A stretch of DNA of 64,000 nt from Alphaproteobacteria bacterium (GTDB taxonomy: Bacteria; Pseudomonadota; Alphaproteobacteria; JBFXJJ01), in the NCBI GenBank assembly GCA_050175015.1, contig JBFXJJ010000012.1:1-64000 (forward strand), read 5' to 3'. Position 1 is the first letter of the stretch; every line of letters starts with the position of its first letter. Of the stretch, positions 20,857-29,127 are shown in pieces. The position numbers and the translations under genes are program-made. The notes beneath the pieces are model-generated. The model did not search any database and had not been told where the DNA came from. It saw nothing but the letters and a program-made list of their open reading frames with translations.

Positions 20857-22725
20857 CTAACGTCCTTTCGTTTTAGCAGCTTTAACCGTTGCGGTGTTAG
20901 TCGCAGTATTAGTTGGCTGCTTTTTTGTTTTATCCATACCAAGTTCATCGGTTAGTTTTTCTAATTCATCAATAAAACCAGAAATAACGTTTAAACCTTT
21001 GCTCCAGAAATCAGGTTTAGAAGCATCTAAGCCAAAAGGAGCAAGCATTTCTTTATGTTTTTCGGTACCGCCTTTTGAAAGCATTTCAAGGTATTTATCT
21101 TGAAAATCAGGAACTTTGCCTTCTTCATATGTTTTGTATAAAGAATTAACAAGGCAGTCTCCAAAAGAGTATGAATAAACATAAAATGGAGTGTGAATCA
21201 TATGAGGAACTTGACCCCATATAGCTTGAGAGCTTTCATCTAAATTAACATTAGGACCTAAACTTTCTTTTTGATTTTTAGTCCAGATTTCATTTAAACG
21301 ACTTACGGACAGTTCGCCTTTTTCTCTTCTTTCATTATGAACATCGGTTTCATAATTATGGAAAGCTATCTGACGTACAGCGGTGTTAAGCATATCACCA
21401 GTTTTTTCAGCAAGCATAGCAAAACGCTTTTTAGGATCTTGTTCTTCTTTAACCATAGATTTAAAGGTGAGCATTTCGCCGAAAACAGAAGCTGTTTCGG
21501 CAAGAGTGATAGGTGTGTCTGCCATTAAATCACCGCGTTCTTTGGCAAGATATTGGTGAACACCGTGTCCTAATTCATGGGCAAGCGTCATAACATCACG
21601 AGCTCTGCCTTGGAAATTTAAAAGAATATATGGGTGAGATTCTTTTACGCCTGGCATAGCATAAGCACCAGATTGTTTTCCTTCTTTAGGAGAAACGTCA
21701 ATCCAATTATTGTCGAAGAACTTTTTGCCAATCTCTGCCATTTCAGGTGAAAATTCGCCGAAAGCCTTAAGAACGGTTTTCTTGGCATCTTCCCAAGAAT
21801 AGATTTTTTCAGGAACATCTGGAAGAGGGGCATTCCTATCCCAATATTCAATTTTATCAACGCCGAGCCATTTTGATTTTAAACCATAATAACGATGGGA
21901 CGTATTTTCATAATTTTGTTTAACTGAGGAAACAAGGGCACCAACAACTTCATTTTCAACATCATTGCTAAGATTTCTTGATTCACTTGGAGTTTTAAAA
22001 CCACGCCATTCGTCATCGACTTTTTTATCAAGAGCAAGGGTATTGGTGATAAAAGCAAGAAGTTTAGCGTTTTCTTTAGTAGTTTTACCTAAAGCTTCGC
22101 CAGCTTTTTTGCGGGTTGCGGCATCAGGACTGCAAAGATATGCATCTAATTCAGCATCGGTATATTTTTTGCCATCAATATCATAACGTAAATCAGCCAT
22201 AGTTTCGTCATATAAGCGAATCAATGCAGAATTACCAGTCATAGCTTTTTGCTGTGACATTTTTTCTAAATCATCAGATAAATCGTGTTTTTTAAAAGCT
22301 CTAATTTTATCAATCCAAGGTTTGTAATGAGCAACTTCAGGTGCGGAGAGTTTCTCAGCCAAGTTCTCATCAGAAAGACGATTAATTTCTAGGCCATAAA
22401 AAAGAGTTTTACTTCCAATGTCGGTAGATTTTTCTTCGAATCCTTGATAAAAGCCCATTACTTTTTCATCATTAAGATTAGTTGAACGTAACAAATAAGA
22501 ATAAGCTCCCATCTTGCCTAAAATGCCTGAAATTTTTTCGTATTCTTCAATTGATTTAGCAAAATCTTCACCTGAAAGACTTTCAAGTTTTCCTTGATAT
22601 CTATTGGCAAATCTTTCTGCCATTGTTGCAACTTTAGTAAGTTCGTTTTTAAATTCAGGTGAATCATAACTTGGGTAAAGATCTGTTAGATCCCAATTAG
22701 GAAGAGCTTCTTTAGTCTCGCTCAT
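20857..22725 (-). CDS. pepF: M3B oligoendopeptidase F-family protein
   Basis: WDLTDLY, YWDRNAP, TLAHELGHGVH (HExxH), AETASVFGE, HTPFYVYSYSFG. Confidence 0.92.
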   Translation of the reverse strand: MSETKEALPNWDLTDLYPSYDSPEFKNELTKVATMAERFANRYQGKLESLSGEDFAKSIEEYEKISGILGKMGAYSYLLRSTNLNDEKVMGFYQGFEEKSTDIGSKTLFYGLEINRLSDENLAEKLSAPEVAHYKPWIDKIRAFKKHDLSDDLEKMSQQKAMTGNSALIRLYDETMADLRYDIDGKKYTDAELDAYLCSPDAATRKKAGEALGKTTKENAKLLAFITNTLALDKKVDDEWRGFKTPSESRNLSNDVENEVVGALVSSVKQNYENTSHRYYGLKSKWLGVDKIEYWDRNAPLPDVPEKIYSWEDAKKTVLKAFGEFSPEMAEIGKKFFDNNWIDVSPKEGKQSGAYAMPGVKESHPYILLNFQGRARDVMTLAHELGHGVHQYLAKERGDLMADTPITLAETASVFGEMLTFKSMVKEEQDPKKRFAMLAEKTGDMLNTAVRQIAFHNYETDVHNERREKGELSVSRLNEIWTKNQKESLGPNVNLDESSQAIWGQVPHMIHTPFYVYSYSFGDCLVNSLYKTYEEGKVPDFQDKYLEMLSKGGTEKHKEMLAPFGLDASKPDFWSKGLNVISGFIDELEKLTDELGMDKTKKQPTNTATNTATVKAAKTKGR

Positions 22726-22943
22726 TAGCTTTATCTCCTTGAAATAGCAGGTAATAAAAAATATTAATTATTTATAACCCATTTTGTCTTGTTTGTAAAT
22801 AATTTTGTCAAATGTTATATAAAAAAAGAGATGTTTATCAATGTTTTTAGTTTTATGATTATGGACATAATATAAATGATTGAAATTGTTTAAAAATGTT
22901 TTGATACCGCTAAGACAAGGAAAAGCTAAACTTCCATACAACA

Positions 22944-22960
22944 AAATGAAATATGCTCTA
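22944..22960. repeat. Solo copy of the MITE terminal repeat
   Basis: AAATGAAATATGCTCTA identical to 8251-8267; no partner end found nearby. Confidence 0.6.
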
Positions 22961-23055
22961 AATTACGAAGCAATTTTTTCGTTTATTCAAAAGAATAACC
23001 CTCTTGAGAAATTTGTGCTCTAACTCTGATTATAAATTTTATGAAAAATAGGCAT

Positions 23056-23083
23056 AAAAAAACCGCCATAAAGACGGTTTTTT
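23056..23083 (-). terminator. Terminator downstream of tRNA-Gly
   Basis: AAAAAAACCG..CGGTTTTTT hairpin with A/T tracts on both sides. Confidence 0.7.
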
Positions 23084-23095
23084 AAAGCATCAAAT

Positions 23096-23170
23096 TGGAG
23101 CGGGTGAAGGGATTCGAACCCTCGACATCAACCTTGGCAAGGTTGCGCTCTACCCCTGAGCTACGCCCGC
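23096..23170 (-). tRNA. tRNA-Gly (GCC)
   Basis: Reverse complement GCGGGCGTAGCTCAGGGGTAGAGCGCAACCTTGCCAAGGTTGATGTCGAGGGTTCGAATCCCTTCACCCGCTCCA; GCC anticodon; encoded CCA. Confidence 0.97.
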
Positions 23171-23263
23171 AAAAAATGTAACTTCGCAAAATAATAAAAT
23201 AAAACTATAAATTTGCAAGCAAAAAATGATAAAATGTAAAAAAAAATAATTTAGGATAAAACA

Positions 23264-23437
23264 ATGGAGAATGTTGAAGCTAAGCTATTAGAAAGTCTTA
23301 CTTGTCCGATAACAAAAAGACCTCTTAGATATGATAAAAAAGCACAGGAATTAATCAGTGACGAAGCAAAACTTGCTTTTCCTATCAAAGATGGAGTACC
23401 TATTATCGTTGTTTCTTGTGCAAGAAGTTTAGATTAG
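23264..23437 (+). CDS. Trm112/YcaR-family protein (57 aa, below the ORF-track cutoff)
   Basis: Manual translation MENVEAKLLESLTCPITKRPLRYDKKAQELISDEAKLAFPIKDGVPIIVVSCARSLD. Confidence 0.9.
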   Translation: MENVEAKLLESLTCPITKRPLRYDKKAQELISDEAKLAFPIKDGVPIIVVSCARSLD

Positions 23438-23697
23438 TTCTTAGAATTTGGTTTTTCTTCTAAAGATTGCCATTTGTTTATTATTAGTATTTCTTCTTCT
23501 GCTGCTGAAATATCTTTGCTTTTTGTTCCAAAGTCAGGGAATGCATTAGGAGCTTGAAGCCCCTCTACTCTGCCCGCATTAAATTCGGCATTATAATTTA
23601 CGGTCTTGTTTTCAATAATATCGACTTGAGGGGCAGAAGAGCACCCTTCAAGCATAGATATAAAAAAGATACTTAGTGCAATAAATAATTTTTTCAT
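23434..23697 (-). CDS. Small putative lipoprotein
   Basis: MKKLFIALSIFFISMLEG-C lipoprotein-like signal. Confidence 0.65.
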   Translation of the reverse strand: MKKLFIALSIFFISMLEGCSSAPQVDIIENKTVNYNAEFNAGRVEGLQAPNAFPDFGTKSKDISAAEEEILIINKWQSLEEKPNSKN

Positions 23698-23742
23698 AAA
23701 TTTATATTGGCTTAACTAAAAATATTTAGCAATATTGTTATT

Positions 23743-24714
23743 ATGAAAAAGATATTAAAAAAATACAATTTATGGATATTGGTGCTTCTTTCTTTTGTTG
23801 TTGCCAGCTGTCAACATCAAGGTGATAGAATAAACCAAGAATCCGAAATGCTTTATCCTAAGTCTCACAGAGTTTTTCGCAATTATACGCTTGATGGTGT
23901 TATATACTCAACGGACGATATTCCGCAATATGACGTCGGCGATGCTTTTCTTTATAGCGACGGCTATATTGAGGTTGTATCAGATGTTGATGCTAATTAT
24001 ATCAAGTGGCAGTTACTTGATGGCAGTTTTTATATTTCGAGCAAAAATATTTTTTTACCAGCAATTAAAAAAGTTATTAACGATGGTGTCGGCGGCACGA
24101 TAACGATTGAAAATGATTTTGATATCAAGAAAAACTTTTTATGGCCGATAAGGGTTGGGCTGTATGACAAGGTTGATGTTAAGGAAACCGTTGTCAGCGA
24201 TGGCAACAAACAGGACTTTAAATATCAGTGGGAATGCTTGGTTGTTGGTGATGAAACTATAAATAATTCCGTAAATAAGTTTGACACTTTTGTTGTTGAG
24301 TGTAACAAAAAAAGATATGGAATGTCCTATGAGAAGCAGATTTTTTATTATGCTCCAGAGGTAGGAAAATTTGCCAGAGTATCTAGTGTTAGTTATCCAA
24401 ATGATATTGCTAAAACGATAGACATTGTTGCTTATGGTTTGATGCCTAGTGCTATGCCTAAGAAGCTTGAGGCAGAATTGATAAGTTTCGTTCAATATGC
24501 CTTGGAGACTAGACTTTCTGGTGTAAGCATTACTAAAAAAAGCGGAGAGCTTTTAATTGAAGTTAAACCTTATGATACATATCAAACTGATAAGGGTTAT
24601 TTTTGCCGTGATTATGAACAAAAATTAACAGTAAGAGGCAGGATTTCAACCCAAAAAGGTACGGCTTGCAAAAGTGATACTGGAATATGGCAAACGCCAG
24701 CCCCAAAAGGTTAA
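23743..24714 (+). CDS. Lipoprotein with C-terminal 17-kDa-surface-antigen-like domain
   Basis: Lipobox VAS-C; C-terminal ALETRLSG..FCRDYEQ..GTACK..GIWQ pattern. Confidence 0.75.
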   Translation: MKKILKKYNLWILVLLSFVVASCQHQGDRINQESEMLYPKSHRVFRNYTLDGVIYSTDDIPQYDVGDAFLYSDGYIEVVSDVDANYIKWQLLDGSFYISSKNIFLPAIKKVINDGVGGTITIENDFDIKKNFLWPIRVGLYDKVDVKETVVSDGNKQDFKYQWECLVVGDETINNSVNKFDTFVVECNKKRYGMSYEKQIFYYAPEVGKFARVSSVSYPNDIAKTIDIVAYGLMPSAMPKKLEAELISFVQYALETRLSGVSITKKSGELLIEVKPYDTYQTDKGYFCRDYEQKLTVRGRISTQKGTACKSDTGIWQTPAPKG

Positions 24715-24805
24715 AACGCTTTGGTTATAATCCATACCAAAACAGTTTAATTGTAGACCTTAATAAAATAACCAAAGCTACGTATAGTTTGTAGTCCTAT
24801 TATTT

Positions 24806-27157
24806 TTATTTTGAACCAGTTACACCATAGCCGCAATATTTAGGCGGGTTATATATCAAAATTTTAGAGACATTAGTAAACGTAAGTTTGGTTGCGCCTC
24901 GTGATAAAACACCGCTAACATCGGGCATTTGGTTATGTCTTGATTGAAATTCCCTAACATCTTGCAGGCTCATGCGAAGTCCATTTTGAAAATCAACATT
25001 CCAACCATAAGTGCTTGCTCCAATATCAACTAAAATAACATTAGTTTCTTCGTTGCCAAAGAAGGTCTGTTCACCCATATCACTTGAGAACTTAAAAACA
25101 TTAGTTAAAGCTTCTGGCTCATTTTCAAAGCTTGGTTCCGATTGTTTCTCATTTGAGGTTCGAACAAAAACTCCTTTTAAGTTATGGAAATATAAAATAT
25201 CGTTGTTGGATCCTACAAGCATACCGTTAGCATTAGGGAAAGTTATGAAGCTTCCCGCTTTATCGTTTAGAGAAATTACTCTGCTGTCAGATAGAACTAG
25301 TCCCCAGTCATCATTTCCTGATAGTCCAAGATGATTCAGCACAAAACCGTGTTCATTTTCATATGCAATATCTAATTTTGAACTTGGAACTGTTATTTTA
25401 GCAATATTTCTAAATTCGGCCTTAGCCCCATTTTTAGCAAGAAGAACCCCACTTCTGCCGTGAGGAATTGTTTGACCAGGAAGAGTTATTGTCTGCCCCG
25501 TTTTTTCATTAATAGGGATAATTGATAAAACATTAATAACTAAATGCCAATTTAACAAACTTTGAGCATTATCATTTAATATTATGTAAGGCTTGTTTTC
25601 ATCAGCAACAAAAGTTTTTGTTCCCTCGTTTGAACCAAAAACAAAGGATTGATTAAGATAAGCGTCGATTTCCTCATTTTTTAAACTTTTGATTTTTGGA
25701 TCAGATGATATTTTAACAATTGTTTCTGTTGATGCATCAGTGCTAGCAATAGGCGCTTGAACTTGAGTTATAATAGGAGTTTGTGGTGCCGCATCGCTTG
25801 TTGATGCTGCGGCAACTTCTTCCATCTTTTGCTCGTCTTCTTCAACGTATTCAACAACCTCTTCAACTACTTCCTCACCTTCGGCGACTGGCGCATCTTC
25901 TTCAACGTATTCAATAACTTCTTCGACTACTTCTTCACCTTCGGAGGCCGGAGCATCTTCTTCAACGTATTCTACAACTTCTTCGACTACCTCTTCACCT
26001 TCGGAGGCCGGAGCATCTTCCTCAACGTATTCAATAACTTCTTCGACTACTTCTTCACCTTCGGAGGCCGGAGCATCTTCCTCAACGTATTCAATAACTT
26101 CCTCGATTACTTCTTCACCTTCGGAGGCCGGAGCATCTTCCTCAACGTATTCAATAACTTCTTCTACTACTTCTTCACCTTCGGCGACTGGCGCGTCTTC
26201 CTCAACGTATTCTACAACTTCTTCGACTACTTCTTCACCCTCGGCAACTGGAACATCTTCTTCAACGTATTCGACAACTTCTTCGACTACTTCTTCACCC
26301 TCGGCAACTGGAACATCTTCTTCAACGTATTCAATAACCTCTTCGACTACTTCTTCACCTTCGGCAACTGGAGCGTCCTCTTCAACGTATTCAATAACTT
26401 CTTCGACTACTTCTTCACCCTCGGCAACTGGAACATCTTCTTCAACGTATTCGATAACTTCCTCGATTACCTCTTCACCCTCGGCGACGGGAGCTTCTTC
26501 TTCAACGTATTCGACAACTTCTTCGACTACTTCTTCACCTTCGGCAACTGGCGCATCTTCTTCAACGTATTCTACAACCTCTTCAACTACTTCTTCGCCT
26601 TCAGCGATTGGAGCTTCTTCCTCGACGTACTCGACAACTTCTTCGATTATTTCTTCCCCTTCGGCAACTGGCGCATCTTCTTCAACGTATTCAATAACTT
26701 CTTCGACTACTTCCTCACCTTCGGCAACAGGAGTGTCCTCTTCAACGTATTCGATAACTTCCTCGATTACCTCTTCACCTTCGGAGGCCGGAGCATCTTC
26801 TTCAACGTATTCTACAACCTCTTCAACTACTTCTTCACCCTCGGCAACTGGAGTGTCCTCTTCAACGTATTCGATAACTTCCTCGATTACCTCTTCACCC
26901 TCGGCAGCGGGAGCATCTTCTTCAACGTATTCGACAACTTCCTCAATTACTTCCTCACCTTCGGCAGCGGGAGCATCTTCTTCAACGTACTCAATAACTT
27001 CCTCGACTACCTCTTCACCTTCGGCAACTGGCGCGTCCTCTTCAACGTATTCGACAACCTCTTCGACTACTTCCTCAGGAGCAGGGGCTTTACTTGCTAG
27101 TGTGGGATTAACCGCTGTTGGAGTTGCAGGTTTAGTAGGATTTTGCTGTTCATTCAT
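24806..27157 (-). CDS. Hypothetical protein with extremely acidic 20-aa tandem repeats and an unrecognised C-terminal domain
   Basis: 783-aa ORF; most variation among repeats is synonymous or conservative in this frame. Confidence 0.85.
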   Translation of the reverse strand: MNEQQNPTKPATPTAVNPTLASKAPAPEEVVEEVVEYVEEDAPVAEGEEVVEEVIEYVEEDAPAAEGEEVIEEVVEYVEEDAPAAEGEEVIEEVIEYVEEDTPVAEGEEVVEEVVEYVEEDAPASEGEEVIEEVIEYVEEDTPVAEGEEVVEEVIEYVEEDAPVAEGEEIIEEVVEYVEEEAPIAEGEEVVEEVVEYVEEDAPVAEGEEVVEEVVEYVEEEAPVAEGEEVIEEVIEYVEEDVPVAEGEEVVEEVIEYVEEDAPVAEGEEVVEEVIEYVEEDVPVAEGEEVVEEVVEYVEEDVPVAEGEEVVEEVVEYVEEDAPVAEGEEVVEEVIEYVEEDAPASEGEEVIEEVIEYVEEDAPASEGEEVVEEVIEYVEEDAPASEGEEVVEEVVEYVEEDAPASEGEEVVEEVIEYVEEDAPVAEGEEVVEEVVEYVEEDEQKMEEVAAASTSDAAPQTPIITQVQAPIASTDASTETIVKISSDPKIKSLKNEEIDAYLNQSFVFGSNEGTKTFVADENKPYIILNDNAQSLLNWHLVINVLSIIPINEKTGQTITLPGQTIPHGRSGVLLAKNGAKAEFRNIAKITVPSSKLDIAYENEHGFVLNHLGLSGNDDWGLVLSDSRVISLNDKAGSFITFPNANGMLVGSNNDILYFHNLKGVFVRTSNEKQSEPSFENEPEALTNVFKFSSDMGEQTFFGNEETNVILVDIGASTYGWNVDFQNGLRMSLQDVREFQSRHNQMPDVSGVLSRGATKLTFTNVSKILIYNPPKYCGYGVTGSK
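25835..27076 (-). repeat. 60-bp tandem repeat, 20.7 copies, encoding EEV(V/I)EEV(V/I)EYVEED(A/V/T)P(V/A)(A/S)EG
   Basis: Columns align across consecutive 60-base lines; 1242 bp. Confidence 0.97.
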
Positions 27158-27247
27158 AAAAGAAGTTCCCCATTTTTAAGAATTATTATAAAGTTATAAG
27201 ATACAATACAAATTATCAGATATCAAAAATTTATTTGCCGTAAATCC

Positions 27248-29089
27248 TTATTTAGGTTGTGTCCAATCTTTCTTTAATCGCTCTATTCTTAAGCTGAATA
27301 ATCCTAATTCATGCATAAATTCGCGAGGCAGACGTTGCAAATCAGCGAAAGGCCTTAAAAACTCTTTGTGTTCAATGACATATTGGCGAGTTTTTTTGGC
27401 GTCAACGGTGAATAGAGAATCAAAGCGCTCTCTGTTTATTTCTTGGTTCGCCCAGTTGATGTCCTGATATCTCGGAACCATACCAAAAGGAGATTCTATA
27501 GCGCAGTTCTTTCCTTTTGCTCGATCTATAATCCATTTTAGCAAGCTGAAATTGTTCTCACCATTAACCCAAATTAAATTGCCATTTTGATCACGTCTAA
27601 AGAAGTTCATTCTAAAAACAGGAGGAGGAGCTGATATATTATATCCTGCTTTAAGCCATAAGGCAAAGTAGTCTCCCATATTAGAACCACAGAAGGTAAG
27701 CATACCCATAGGATCTTTAATATAGGTGTCACATTTGGCATTTAAATCACTGCAGTTTTCCGTTTCCATTGTTGCGGCGAGATAAACTCCGTGGCTCCAG
27801 TTAAAGGATTGGAAAATCAAAGGAGTTGAGCTGCTGCCTCGGCTGCTGAATACAAATGCTGAGATAGGAAGTTTTTTATCGGCATATAATTCATAAGAAA
27901 AAGAAGGACAGTTGCTTAAAGGTGAGGCATAACGTGCACTTTGATGGGTTGCAATTTTTCTATTTTCTGGAATCCAGTCGTGTCCCTGCCAATCTACAAG
28001 GTGGTGAGGAGGCGTATCTAACCCTTCCCACCAAATATCGCCGTCATCTGTTATCGCAACATTGGTAAAGATGGTCGATTTTTTTATGGTTTCAATAATG
28101 TTTTTATTTTTTAAACTAGTATTTGATAAAATTCCAAAAAATCCTTTTTCGGGATTGGTTGCATAAAAATAACCATCATCATTAGGTCTAATCCAAGCAA
28201 CATCGTCACCAATGGTATAGATTTTGTATCCACTGAATTTTTCAGGAATGTTAAGTGTTGCCATTGATGTTTTGCCGCCGTTGTCAGGTGAAGCAAAAGC
28301 AATGCAGCTTTTTTCACCTTTGTCATCTTCAACAGCAAGCAGAGACATATGCAAAGGAAACCATCCCTGATTGAGTCCAATATATGAAGCCATTTTAAGC
28401 CCAGCTGCATAACGTGATAAAATAGCATTTTCGCCATATCCACTGCCAAAAGACCATATTTCTTGAGTTTCTGGGAAGCTTGCAATACATATGCTTTCAA
28501 GATTGCAGGGCCAAGAAACATCTTTTTGATTTTCTTTTAAAGGACAGCCAACAGAGTGAACACAATGGATAAAATCGCCATAAGAACCTAAAGCATCAAG
28601 TACCGATTGTCCTGTACTGGTTAAAATATGTAGATGCGTAACAACATAAGGTGAATCTGTTATTTCTATTCCGACTAAAGAATCTGAGGAATCAAGAGCT
28701 CCTAAGCTGAATGGAACAACATATAATGTTCTTCCAGCCATACAGCCATTGAATAAATTTGAAATATTTTCTCGAAGTTCTCTAGGAGGTGCCCAGTTGT
28801 TTGTTGGTCCTGCATCAATTTCTTTAGCTGTGCATAGGTAAGTATGTTCATTGTGAATTTTAGTGTCTTCAGGATGGGTACGGCAAACGTAACTGTTAGG
28901 TCTTTTTGCTTGGTTTAACTTAATATACGTTCCTTTGGCAACCATTGACTGACAAAGGCTGTTAAACATCGTTTCGCTACCATCATACCAGACAACATCA
29001 CGAGGTTTACATAAGTCAACAATTTCATTAATCCAAGAGATTACTTTGGAGTTATTAGTATGATTTTGATTATTAATTAAGCTTTCCAT
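27248..29089 (-). CDS. pckG: GTP-dependent PEP carboxykinase homologue, divergent and possibly non-catalytic
   Basis: AGPTNNW, GCMAGRTLYVVPF, GIEITDSPYV, WSFGSGYG, GDDVAW, NPEKGFFG, IWWEGL; several active-site residues substituted. Confidence 0.85.
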   Translation of the reverse strand: MESLINNQNHTNNSKVISWINEIVDLCKPRDVVWYDGSETMFNSLCQSMVAKGTYIKLNQAKRPNSYVCRTHPEDTKIHNEHTYLCTAKEIDAGPTNNWAPPRELRENISNLFNGCMAGRTLYVVPFSLGALDSSDSLVGIEITDSPYVVTHLHILTSTGQSVLDALGSYGDFIHCVHSVGCPLKENQKDVSWPCNLESICIASFPETQEIWSFGSGYGENAILSRYAAGLKMASYIGLNQGWFPLHMSLLAVEDDKGEKSCIAFASPDNGGKTSMATLNIPEKFSGYKIYTIGDDVAWIRPNDDGYFYATNPEKGFFGILSNTSLKNKNIIETIKKSTIFTNVAITDDGDIWWEGLDTPPHHLVDWQGHDWIPENRKIATHQSARYASPLSNCPSFSYELYADKKLPISAFVFSSRGSSSTPLIFQSFNWSHGVYLAATMETENCSDLNAKCDTYIKDPMGMLTFCGSNMGDYFALWLKAGYNISAPPPVFRMNFFRRDQNGNLIWVNGENNFSLLKWIIDRAKGKNCAIESPFGMVPRYQDINWANQEINRERFDSLFTVDAKKTRQYVIEHKEFLRPFADLQRLPREFMHELGLFSLRIERLKKDWTQPK

Positions 29090-29127
29090 AAATATAAACA
29101 CCTAAAATATCTAAATAAAAAATAATA

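Noticed and set aside
22726-23095. Prophage or genomic island at tRNA-Gly
   Set aside because: No integrase and no duplicated tRNA 3' end seen in the window
24718-24778. 11-bp inverted repeat GCTTTGGTTAT/ATAACCAAAGC
   Set aside because: Lies between convergent genes; most simply a terminator-like structure, single copy
25835-27076. Possible CRISPR array
   Set aside because: Contiguous in-frame coding repeats with no unique spacers and no cas genes
25829-27100. 423-aa Phe/Asn/Asp-rich ORF (and the Ser/Thr-rich ORF 26733-27179) on the plus strand
   Set aside because: Antisense shadows of the 60-bp repeat; the minus frame has a start, unique flanking domains and more conservative variation
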